The notes under the pieces: generated by a model
What the model was told of the DNA's origin: nothing
Databases searched by the model: none
The model's input: the letters and a program-made list of their open reading frames with translations, nothing else
From: an uncultured Lentisphaerales bacterium
GTDB lineage: Bacteria > Verrucomicrobiota > Kiritimatiellia > RFP12 > UBA3636
Length of the DNA: 42,659 nt
Reading direction: 5' to 3'
NCBI GenBank assembly: GCA_964618405.1
Contig: CAZUAY010000001.1
Span: forward strand, 1 to 42,659
Made by a program: the position numbers and the translations under genes
Shown here: positions 25,964 through 33,820 of the stretch, piece after piece
How positions within the stretch are numbered: position 1 is the first letter of the stretch
How the letters are laid out: every line of letters starts with the position of its first letter

Positions 25964-28900
25964 ATGAAAGTAATCAAGGCGTGTAGTATAGGTGTTGCTG
26001 TCGCAACAGTTTTGTGTGCAGCATATTCATTTGGCCAGAGCCAGAAGGCGATTCTAAACGCCAAACAGCTTGGAATCGAGGATCTAGATTTGGATCTAGG
26101 CCTTGAGGAGGACTTGGTGGTGCCAGCAAAGCCTGCCGACACGGTTTCCTCAGGTGTGGAAGTCTCACCGGCAGATGAAACCGTCACGGACGCATCGGCT
26201 TCGGAAGCCACGGAGGAAACGGTTCGGCAGGTAAGTGATGGGAAGGCTGAGGCTCCTTCTGTGGATAACATTGAGGAAACAAATGGAGCCGTTGTTGAAG
26301 ACCCTGTAGTCGACTCCGTACTTGGAGATCCCGTTGTCGATGCCGTTCTTGAAAATCCTGCCACGGTTGTCGAGCCAGCGGTGGACACACCTGCCACTAA
26401 TAATGGCTCGCTGCAAATCAAGGATCTCTTGGATCAGGCTGACATTGACGAACCTGTTGCCGTTGTCGAAACCGCTGACGAGCCTGTTGCCGTTGTCGAA
26501 ACCGCTGACGAGCCTGTTGCTGTTGTCGAAACCGCTGACGAGCCTGTTGCTGTTGTCGAAACCGCTGACGAACCCGTTGCCGTTGTCGAAACCGCTGACG
26601 AGCCTGTTGCCGTTGTCGAAACCGCTGACGAACCCGTTGCCGTTGTCGAAACCGCTGACGAACCTGTTGCCGTTGTCGAAACCGCTGACGAGCCTGTTGC
26701 TGTTGTCGAAGCCGCTGATGAGCCTGTTGCTGTTGTCGAACCCTTAGTTGTGGAAGTAGAAGCTCCTGTACCGACTAGCGAAGACGTGGCCGTTTCGGAG
26801 CTCGCGACGCTTGAAAACGCTCGTCGCCGATTGTTTGAGCAGCACGGGCGTGATTCCTTGGCACAAGGACAGACCGCCTTGCTGACAGGCAACTGGGATC
26901 GCTCTGCGGATAAGTTCAAAGAAGCCCTGAAGTTCCTTGTTGAAAAGGATACAACAATTCCGCTCCGCAAAGAGGCTGAAGCGGGTCTTGCTGAAGCTTA
27001 TTATCGCAAGGCACTTGAGCTGAGATCGATTAATAACTTGGAAGAATCGTTGAAGTCGGCGCGCGAGGCCAGAATTTATCAGCATCCGAAAGCAGAGAAA
27101 CTCATTACCGCGATCCAAGATCAGCAAGAGAATCCCCCCCCGCCCCCTCCGCCGAAGCATGAGCGTCGATGGAACCAGCTTGAGTACCAAAACAACGTCG
27201 TCGATATCAATGCGCGCATGAAGATCGCCAAGGAATACTATGCGACGGACGAACTCGCCAAATGCCGCGAGCAGGTCGAACTGATTCTTCGCGAATATCC
27301 GTGGTATGAAGATGCCGTAAATATGCTCCGCAAGATTAACATAGCCGAACACAAGTATGTGGACAACGAACGTTTGACGGCTCGTGAGTTGATGATGAAG
27401 GATGTGACAAAGGCGTGGGCTCCTCGTAACTACGGGATTGATTTTTCCGCTGGCCCTGAGAAGCTTCCGGCTGACCCAACAAATCCATCCGGTCTTGGGG
27501 GGACGGCCGAAATGAAGATTCTTGATAAGATGCGCAGTATTACGATTCCTGAAATTGACTTCCGGCAGGCTAACATTACCGACGTTGTGACTTTCCTTAG
27601 CGAAGCGTCTCGCGAGCACGACCGTCAGGATATTCCGCCCGAGGAACGTGGCGTAAACATCGTTCTCAACCTTGGTGGCACTGTGGACGCACCTGCGGCG
27701 GCCGCGACCGCGGATGATCCCTGGGCCGCTGCTGTTTCAGCTCCCGCTGCCTCTTCCGGAAACGTTCCTCCGTTAACCATCAACGCTCGATTCTTGACGA
27801 TGCTGAGTGCCCTTGAAATGATTATGGATTTGGCTGATCTTAAGTATCGAGTCCGCGACAATGTTGTGCTGATTATGGAAGCGAACAAGCCCGATGGGCA
27901 ATTGATTCATCGCATGTACAATGTACTGCCTAGCATTAATGAACGCGTGGTTTCGATCGCCGGAACAAGCGGGAATGCTGGAGCTGCCGCGAACCCATTT
28001 GGTAACGCTATTGCGGGTGGTGAAACAACGGAAACAACCGACTGGAAGAAGTTCTTCGGCGATCTCGGCGTCAATTGGCCCGATGGATCGACTGTCCAGT
28101 ACATGTCGTCGATTGGAAAGATGGTTGTTTTGAACACCTCCAAAAACCTTTCGACCCTCGAAGAAGTTCTCGCTGTTCTTAACGTGACACCGAAGCAAGT
28201 TGAAATCGAAGTCAGATTCGTTGAAGTCGGCCAGTCTGATCTTGATTCGCTCGGGTTCGAATGGACGCTTAATGACGACTGGGAAATGGCGGAAATGAAA
28301 GCTGACGCCAATCTTCCGCCCGCTGCGCGTCGCCGCGTCACCATGGGTGCTGGCTCCGTGACCAGGGGCTTCAACTACCTCAGCAACAACAACTCTAAGG
28401 ACATCAACGATGGCTCATCTGTCATGGACAATGTCGCGACGTTCACGTCAATTCTGACGAATCCTGAGCTTTCTGTTGTGCTTCACATGCTCTCTTCGAA
28501 GCAGAATACCGATCTTCTTTCGGCGCCGAAAGTCGTTGCACAGGCTGGTGTTAAGGCGACCATTAAGGTGGTAACAGAATACATCTATCCAACGGAATAC
28601 GATGTGGAAATGTTGGAATCAACCAGTGGCAATAGCGATACCACAACCTACAGCGGTGCGGTTGTTGAGCCCCAAAACTTTACGATGCGTGAAGTCGGTG
28701 TTATTCTTGAGGTGACACCCGAAGTGACTCCGGATGGATCGATGATCAACCTCAGTCTTACACCGTCTGTTGTCTCCGAACCAACATGGAAGAACTATGG
28801 TTCAACCTATCCGGTTTCGACTGCTACGGGGACTGATCTTCTCGGTAACCAGACCTACCAGACTGAATATGTGCAACTTCCAATGGAGCAGCCATTCTTT

Positions 28901-29173
28901 CCAGTCCGTTCGCTTGCAACCAGCGTTCAGATCTACAACGGGGCAACGGTCGTGATGGGTGGGATGATTACTGAACAACGCTACACGAACGAAGACAAGA
29001 TTCCGTTCCTAGGCGACATCCCGATTCTCGGACAATTTTTCCGAAACAAGTATGAGCTCAGCGAAAAGCGCAATTTGTTGCTCTTCGTTACCGCCCGTCT
29101 TGTTGATCCGGCCGGCCGCGAAGTCAAAGAATCTGCTGCTAATGCGGTTTCATTGCTGGGAACTGGAATGTAG
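25964..29173 (+). CDS. Secretin-family outer-membrane channel (PilQ/GspD-like, Amuc_1098-type) with a long repetitive acidic N-terminal region
   Basis: 1069 aa. RBS AAGGAG lies upstream and the protein has a signal peptide. The C-terminal secretin domain shows DLLSAPKVV, VGVILEVTPEV.PDG.I.L, IPFLGDIPILGQFF and LLLFVTARLV. Confidence 0.9.
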   Translation: MKVIKACSIGVAVATVLCAAYSFGQSQKAILNAKQLGIEDLDLDLGLEEDLVVPAKPADTVSSGVEVSPADETVTDASASEATEETVRQVSDGKAEAPSVDNIEETNGAVVEDPVVDSVLGDPVVDAVLENPATVVEPAVDTPATNNGSLQIKDLLDQADIDEPVAVVETADEPVAVVETADEPVAVVETADEPVAVVETADEPVAVVETADEPVAVVETADEPVAVVETADEPVAVVETADEPVAVVEAADEPVAVVEPLVVEVEAPVPTSEDVAVSELATLENARRRLFEQHGRDSLAQGQTALLTGNWDRSADKFKEALKFLVEKDTTIPLRKEAEAGLAEAYYRKALELRSINNLEESLKSAREARIYQHPKAEKLITAIQDQQENPPPPPPPKHERRWNQLEYQNNVVDINARMKIAKEYYATDELAKCREQVELILREYPWYEDAVNMLRKINIAEHKYVDNERLTARELMMKDVTKAWAPRNYGIDFSAGPEKLPADPTNPSGLGGTAEMKILDKMRSITIPEIDFRQANITDVVTFLSEASREHDRQDIPPEERGVNIVLNLGGTVDAPAAAATADDPWAAAVSAPAASSGNVPPLTINARFLTMLSALEMIMDLADLKYRVRDNVVLIMEANKPDGQLIHRMYNVLPSINERVVSIAGTSGNAGAAANPFGNAIAGGETTETTDWKKFFGDLGVNWPDGSTVQYMSSIGKMVVLNTSKNLSTLEEVLAVLNVTPKQVEIEVRFVEVGQSDLDSLGFEWTLNDDWEMAEMKADANLPPAARRRVTMGAGSVTRGFNYLSNNNSKDINDGSSVMDNVATFTSILTNPELSVVLHMLSSKQNTDLLSAPKVVAQAGVKATIKVVTEYIYPTEYDVEMLESTSGNSDTTTYSGAVVEPQNFTMREVGVILEVTPEVTPDGSMINLSLTPSVVSEPTWKNYGSTYPVSTATGTDLLGNQTYQTEYVQLPMEQPFFPVRSLATSVQIYNGATVVMGGMITEQRYTNEDKIPFLGDIPILGQFFRNKYELSEKRNLLLFVTARLVDPAGREVKESAANAVSLLGTGM
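26447..26740 (+). repeat. In-frame 30-bp tandem repeat, about 10 copies, encoding (DEPVAVVETA)n
   Basis: Units start every 30 bp from 26447 to 26717. Across the first eight units the only variation is synonymous (GAA/GAG, CCT/CCC, GCC/GCT). The last two also carry GCC for ACC (Thr to Ala) at 26711-26713 and a synonymous GAC/GAT change, and the array then ends in CCC (Pro) at 26741-26743. Confidence 0.95.
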
Positions 29174-29204
29174 TCTGGCTTCCAGGCGAATCGAATCATT
29201 CACC

Positions 29205-29242
29205 GGGGAGGAGGGCATGTCGCCATCCTCCCCGTTTTATTT
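29205..29242 (+). terminator. Rho-independent terminator after the secretin gene
   Basis: GGGGAGGA (29205-29212) pairs with TCCTCCCC (29226-29233). The loop contains an extra GGC/GCC pair. It is followed by G and TTTTATTT. Confidence 0.8.
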
Positions 29243-29253
29243 AGGAGGAGAGT

Positions 29254-30855
29254 ATGCCGCTTGCGAAGATCATGTCAGGTGCAATATCCGGTATCGATGC
29301 ATTTCCGGTTGAGATTGAAACAGACGTCGGTAGCAGCGGTGATCCACAGATTGTCACGGTAGGACTTCCCGATGCGGCGGTTCGTGAGAGCCAGCATCGG
29401 GTGTCGACTGCGATGACCAACTGTGGTTACGAGCCGTTTCTCGGGCGAATCACCGTGAATCTGGCACCGGCTGATATCCGCAAGGAAGGGCCGTTCTTCG
29501 ACCTCCCGATCGCCATGGGCATTCTCATTGCTTCGGGGGCCGTGGATATGGAAGGAACGAATCGTCGCCGTCGTCCCGGACAGCCAGCTCCTCGCGTGCT
29601 CCAGCCCATGAACCTAGAAACGGTGGCGATGATTGGGGAGTTGTCGCTAGGCGGCGAAGTTCGGCGTGTTCGTGGTGTGCTTCCGATCGCGATGAAGATG
29701 CGGGAAATTGGCATCAAGACTTTTCTAGTGCCTGAAGCGAATGCTGCGGAGGCGGGCGTTGTCGAAGGGCTTGATGTTTATCCTATCGCGAATTTACGGC
29801 AAGCGGCGCAGATTTTAACAGGAGAGGATACCATCACGCAGCCCGTACGGATACGAATGGAAGACCTCTACGTTTCCCGTCCCGTGAGCGAACCCGATTT
29901 TATCGAGGTCAAAGGGCAGGAGATGGCAAAACGTGCCATTGAAATTGCCGTCGCCGGTGGGCACAACATTTTGATGATCGGCCCGCCGGGGACCGGAAAA
30001 TCGATGCTCGCGAAGCGCGTTCCATCTATCCTGCCGCCGATGTCCTTGGAGGAGGCGTTAGAGGTGACGAAGATTCACAGCATTGCTGGGATGCTGCCTT
30101 CGGATAGTCCGTTGATGTTCGAGCGCCCCTTCCGCTCGCCGCATCACACCGTCTCAGACGCCGGACTCCTGGGCGGCGGAACACATCCTGCTCCGGGCGA
30201 AGTCACGCTCGCCCACCTTGGCGTGTTGTTTCTCGACGAACTGCCAGAGTTTCATCGGAGCGTTTTGGAAGTCATGCGCCAACCGCTTGAAGATGGGTAT
30301 GTGACGATTTCACGAGCGGCAGGTAGCTCAGTCTTCCCAAGCCGAACGATTCTTGTTGCAGCGATGAACCCCTGCCCCTGCGGATATGCAGGCGACCCAA
30401 ACCACGGATGCCGATGTACGCAAGCGCAGAAACAAAATTACAGGAATAAAATTTCCGGACCCTTGCTCGACAGGATTGATATCCATATCCTCGTTCCGGC
30501 CACACGTTTTCAAGATCTTCAAAGTATGCCGAATGGGAATTCAAGCACGCTCATGCGCGCGACCGTTACCCAAGCACGTGCCGTGCAAACGCGGCGTTTT
30601 GGTGCTGAGACGAAAATTCGAACGAATTCTGGTATGGGACGACGTGATATCGAGAAATACTGCCATCTCGATGCAGAGTCCCTCGAAGTTTTAAACTTCG
30701 CGATGAACGAGATGCACTTCAGTCCTCGCGCCCATGATAGAATTCTCAAAGTTGCGAGAACAATTGCCGACATTGAGGGCAATACAGAGATTCGCCCTTC
30801 TCATCTCCAAGAAGCGTTACAATACCGTTCGCTTGATCGCACGATGTGGATTTAG
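29254..30855 (+). CDS. comM: YifB/ComM-family Mg-chelatase-like AAA+ ATPase
   Basis: 533 aa. N-terminal Lon-protease-like domain, Walker A GPPGTGKSM, GVLFLDELPEF, and the C-terminal ChlI-like region. Confidence 0.92.
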   Translation: MPLAKIMSGAISGIDAFPVEIETDVGSSGDPQIVTVGLPDAAVRESQHRVSTAMTNCGYEPFLGRITVNLAPADIRKEGPFFDLPIAMGILIASGAVDMEGTNRRRRPGQPAPRVLQPMNLETVAMIGELSLGGEVRRVRGVLPIAMKMREIGIKTFLVPEANAAEAGVVEGLDVYPIANLRQAAQILTGEDTITQPVRIRMEDLYVSRPVSEPDFIEVKGQEMAKRAIEIAVAGGHNILMIGPPGTGKSMLAKRVPSILPPMSLEEALEVTKIHSIAGMLPSDSPLMFERPFRSPHHTVSDAGLLGGGTHPAPGEVTLAHLGVLFLDELPEFHRSVLEVMRQPLEDGYVTISRAAGSSVFPSRTILVAAMNPCPCGYAGDPNHGCRCTQAQKQNYRNKISGPLLDRIDIHILVPATRFQDLQSMPNGNSSTLMRATVTQARAVQTRRFGAETKIRTNSGMGRRDIEKYCHLDAESLEVLNFAMNEMHFSPRAHDRILKVARTIADIEGNTEIRPSHLQEALQYRSLDRTMWI

Positions 30856-30863
30856 TTCAGAAA

Positions 30864-30896
30864 AGTCGCGAGTTGCTAGTGGCTCGTCGCGAGTAA
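30864..30896. repeat. Short heptad repeat (locus C) between convergent genes
   Basis: AGTCGCG AGTTGCT AGTGGCT CGTCGCG AGTAATT. These use the same AGTNGCN words as loci A, B and E. Confidence 0.7.
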
Positions 30897-30920
30897 TTCC
30901 CTGTTGGAATGGCTGGTTTA

Positions 30921-31277
30921 TTAGAATAGTGCTGCAAGGATGGGGCTCTTCTCGGCGATGACTTTTCGAGCTTCGGCTGGGGTGATTTTTCGGAGCAGTT
31001 TAAACCCTCCTTTATTCCAGCACATGACGGCTAGCTCGTATAAGTCCCCCTCAAAGCGGCCAATGCCTTCCCAGCGCGAAAGTTTCATCCGTCCTACAGG
31101 TGTTGTGAATTCTGCTGGCTCTGGTTCGCTCAGTTTAATGCGAATGGTCACATCCGTATCGGGCGCGTGATCGCCATCTCTGTTGAAGAAAATTGTCTCG
31201 GTGAACGTACGGCTGTCTGCGTCCTCCCAATTAAGGCCGTCGTCCATCGTTTTATCCACTGGTTTAGTCTCGTCCAT
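30921..31277 (-). CDS. Hypothetical protein
   Basis: 118-aa ORF in an otherwise empty gap, with flank-like composition. I recognise no motif. Confidence 0.55.
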   Translation of the reverse strand: MDETKPVDKTMDDGLNWEDADSRTFTETIFFNRDGDHAPDTDVTIRIKLSEPEPAEFTTPVGRMKLSRWEGIGRFEGDLYELAVMCWNKGGFKLLRKITPAEARKVIAEKSPILAALF

Positions 31278-31452
31278 AGTCGCTGCTCCTCTGTTGAAAA
31301 TGGTTTGTCAAGTTAAAAGCATATTTCGAGCCAAAATTAGAAGGCAGGTCACTTTTTGCTTTATTTTGAGTCTAATTTTGGTGTATCATGGGATTATTCC
31401 AGACGAGTAAGGCTCACTTAGTTGAAGCAAAACCATAAAATTCTATTTCTTT

Positions 31453-33768
31453 ATGACTCCAGATTATTCAGTAGCGATGGCAAAGGACATGGGGATTCGC
31501 CCTGTGCAGGTTCAAGCGGTAATTTCTCTTCTTGCGGAAGGCGCAACGGTTCCGTTTATCGCTCGGTACCGAAAAGAGGCGACAGGGGAGTTAGACGAAG
31601 TTCAGATTTCGGCTATCCGTGACACACTGGCGAGACTTACGGAGCTGGATGCGCGTCGAGAGGCGATCTTGAGCTCTCTCAAGGAGCGCAACCTACTGAC
31701 GGACGAACTCACCGAGAAGATTGTGGGTGCCGAAACCATGACGGCGCTTGAAGACATTTATTTGCCCTTCCGGCCCAAGCGCCGCACGCGGGCGATGATT
31801 GCTCGCGAGCGGGGGCTTGAGCCTTTGGCCTTGTTAATTTTCGCGCAGGATGGTGCAGGGTCTGCCGAGGAAATTGCGGCCCAGTACGTGGATGCCGCCA
31901 AGGAGGTTCAGGACGTCGATGCCGCCCTCTTGGGCGCTCGCGATATCATCGCCGAGATGATCAACGAGGATGCTGATGCGCGTTCAGAGATTCGATCTTT
32001 CTTTGAGAGCGCCGCTACGGTGACGACAAAGGTTGTCGAAGGCAAGGAAGAAGAGGGCGCGAAGTTTCGTGATTATTTCGATTGTGCCGACCCGCTTCCG
32101 AAGCTGTCGGGACATCGGCTGTTGGCGATGCTCCGCGGTGAGAAGGAAGGATTCCTGAGCCTAGGCGTCCGCCCTTCGCGCGAAGAGGCGATTGATCTGT
32201 TGAAAAGACGTTTCGTAAAAGGCGAGTCGTCATTTTCTGAACAGGTGGCATTGGCGGCAGAGAGTGCCTACGTCCGTATGATGGCGGCGTCGATGGAAGT
32301 TGAAATTCGCACCAAAGCGTTTACGCAAGCCAGCAGTGAAGCCATCGGCGTTTTCGCCTCGAACCTGCGTGAGCTCCTGATGGCGTCGCCGCTTGGACGA
32401 AAGTCGGTGCTCGCCATCGATCCCGGCATCCGCACAGGATGTAAGGTGGTGTGTCTTGATCCACAAGGTAAATTACTTTTCGATTGTGTCATTCAGCTTT
32501 CACAGTCTGATGCGATGCGTCGTGAAGCGGCGGGTGCAATTGTGGCACTCTGTAAAAAATTTGAGGTTGAAGCCATTGCCATCGGCAACGGAACTTATGG
32601 TCGCGAGACGATGGAGTTCGTGCGCTCGCTTCAGTTGCCTGCCAACATTATGGCGACGTTCGTGAATGAAAGTGGTGCCTCGATTTATTCGGCCTCAGAT
32701 GTGGCACGTGAAGAATTTCCGGATAAGGATTTGACGGTTCGTGGCAGTGTCTCGATTGGCCGCAGGTTGATGGATCCGCTTGCCGAACTCGTCAAGCTCG
32801 ACCCGAAGTCGATCGGCGTGGGCCAGTATCAGCATGACGTGGATCAGACACGGTTGAAGCAAGGACTTGACGATATTGTGATGTCGTGCGTGAACTCGGT
32901 CGGTGTGGAAGTGAACACGGCCAGCAAGCAATTGCTGACGTATGTTTCTGGCCTTGGGCCTTCGCTTGCTGAAAACATTGTGCGTTTCCGCGATGAGCAT
33001 GGGCCGTTCAAAAGTCGTAAGGAAATTCTCTCCGTGCCGCGGCTCGGTCCCAAGGCTTTCGAGCAGTGCGGAGGCTTCTTGCGTATCGCTGGCGCTACGA
33101 ATCCGCTCGACTCCAGCGCGGTGCATCCGGAACGCTACTCGGTCGTCGAGAAGATGGCGTCGGACATCGGATGCGGCGTCGCTGATCTGGTGCATGACGC
33201 GCAGCTTCTTGCTAAAGTCGATATCAAGGCGTATGTCTCGGATAACTTGGGACTTCCCACGTTGCGCGACATTATGGAAGAGTTGACGAAGCCCGGTCGT
33301 GATCCTCGTAAGGAATTCGAGGCGTTTAACTTCGCCGAGGGTATCATGAAGCTGGAAGACTTGAATCCAGGCATGAAACTTCCGGGCATCGTGACGAACG
33401 TGACGAATTTCGGAGCGTTTGTGGATGTCGGCGTTCATCAAGACGGACTTGTCCACATCAGCGAATTGAGTGATCGATTCGTGTCGGACCCCAACACCGT
33501 GGTGAAGGTTGGACAGAAGGTGCAAGTGACGGTGAAGGAGGTTGATTTGCCGAGGCATCGGATTGCGTTGAGCATGAAGACGGGGGCGGCGGTGCCGCGA
33601 AGCGGTGACGCTGAGTCTGAGCGTCGCCGACCTCAAGGGGGCGGCAGGCCAGACTCGAACCGTGGCGGCGGGAGCAGCGGCGGAGATCGCAATCGCGGCG
33701 GGAGTCGCGGGCCTACGTCATCAGGTGGTTTCAACAGTGCTTTCAACGATGCGTTTTCGAAGCTCTGA
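31453..33768 (+). CDS. tex: Tex-family transcription accessory protein (YqgF/HhH/S1 domains) with an RGG-rich C-terminal tail
   Basis: 771 aa. N-terminus VPFIARYRKE, YqgF region LAIDPGIRTGCKV, and S1 domain GIVTNVTNFGAFVDVGVHQDGLVHISEL. The tail reads RGGGSSGGDRNRGGSRG. Confidence 0.93.
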   Translation: MTPDYSVAMAKDMGIRPVQVQAVISLLAEGATVPFIARYRKEATGELDEVQISAIRDTLARLTELDARREAILSSLKERNLLTDELTEKIVGAETMTALEDIYLPFRPKRRTRAMIARERGLEPLALLIFAQDGAGSAEEIAAQYVDAAKEVQDVDAALLGARDIIAEMINEDADARSEIRSFFESAATVTTKVVEGKEEEGAKFRDYFDCADPLPKLSGHRLLAMLRGEKEGFLSLGVRPSREEAIDLLKRRFVKGESSFSEQVALAAESAYVRMMAASMEVEIRTKAFTQASSEAIGVFASNLRELLMASPLGRKSVLAIDPGIRTGCKVVCLDPQGKLLFDCVIQLSQSDAMRREAAGAIVALCKKFEVEAIAIGNGTYGRETMEFVRSLQLPANIMATFVNESGASIYSASDVAREEFPDKDLTVRGSVSIGRRLMDPLAELVKLDPKSIGVGQYQHDVDQTRLKQGLDDIVMSCVNSVGVEVNTASKQLLTYVSGLGPSLAENIVRFRDEHGPFKSRKEILSVPRLGPKAFEQCGGFLRIAGATNPLDSSAVHPERYSVVEKMASDIGCGVADLVHDAQLLAKVDIKAYVSDNLGLPTLRDIMEELTKPGRDPRKEFEAFNFAEGIMKLEDLNPGMKLPGIVTNVTNFGAFVDVGVHQDGLVHISELSDRFVSDPNTVVKVGQKVQVTVKEVDLPRHRIALSMKTGAAVPRSGDAESERRRPQGGGRPDSNRGGGSSGGDRNRGGSRGPTSSGGFNSAFNDAFSKL

Positions 33769-33820
33769 AATTGCGTTGGGCGTTTTTTTATTTTTAATAC
33801 AAGGAGCAAAGTAGGATAGT

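Noticed and set aside
26447-26740. Possible CRISPR array (regular 30-bp repeats)
   Set aside because: The repeats are directly contiguous with no spacers. They are in frame within a long CDS that has a signal peptide and a secretin domain, and no cas genes are nearby.
26434-27619. Minus-strand ORFs 26434-26970 and 26744-27619
   Set aside because: They are antisense to the secretin gene. The first is produced by the 30-bp tandem repeat read in reverse, giving (STTATGSSAV)n.
32695-33636. 313-aa ORF on the minus strand
   Set aside because: It is antisense to tex. It is Arg/His-rich with no motifs, so it is a shadow ORF.
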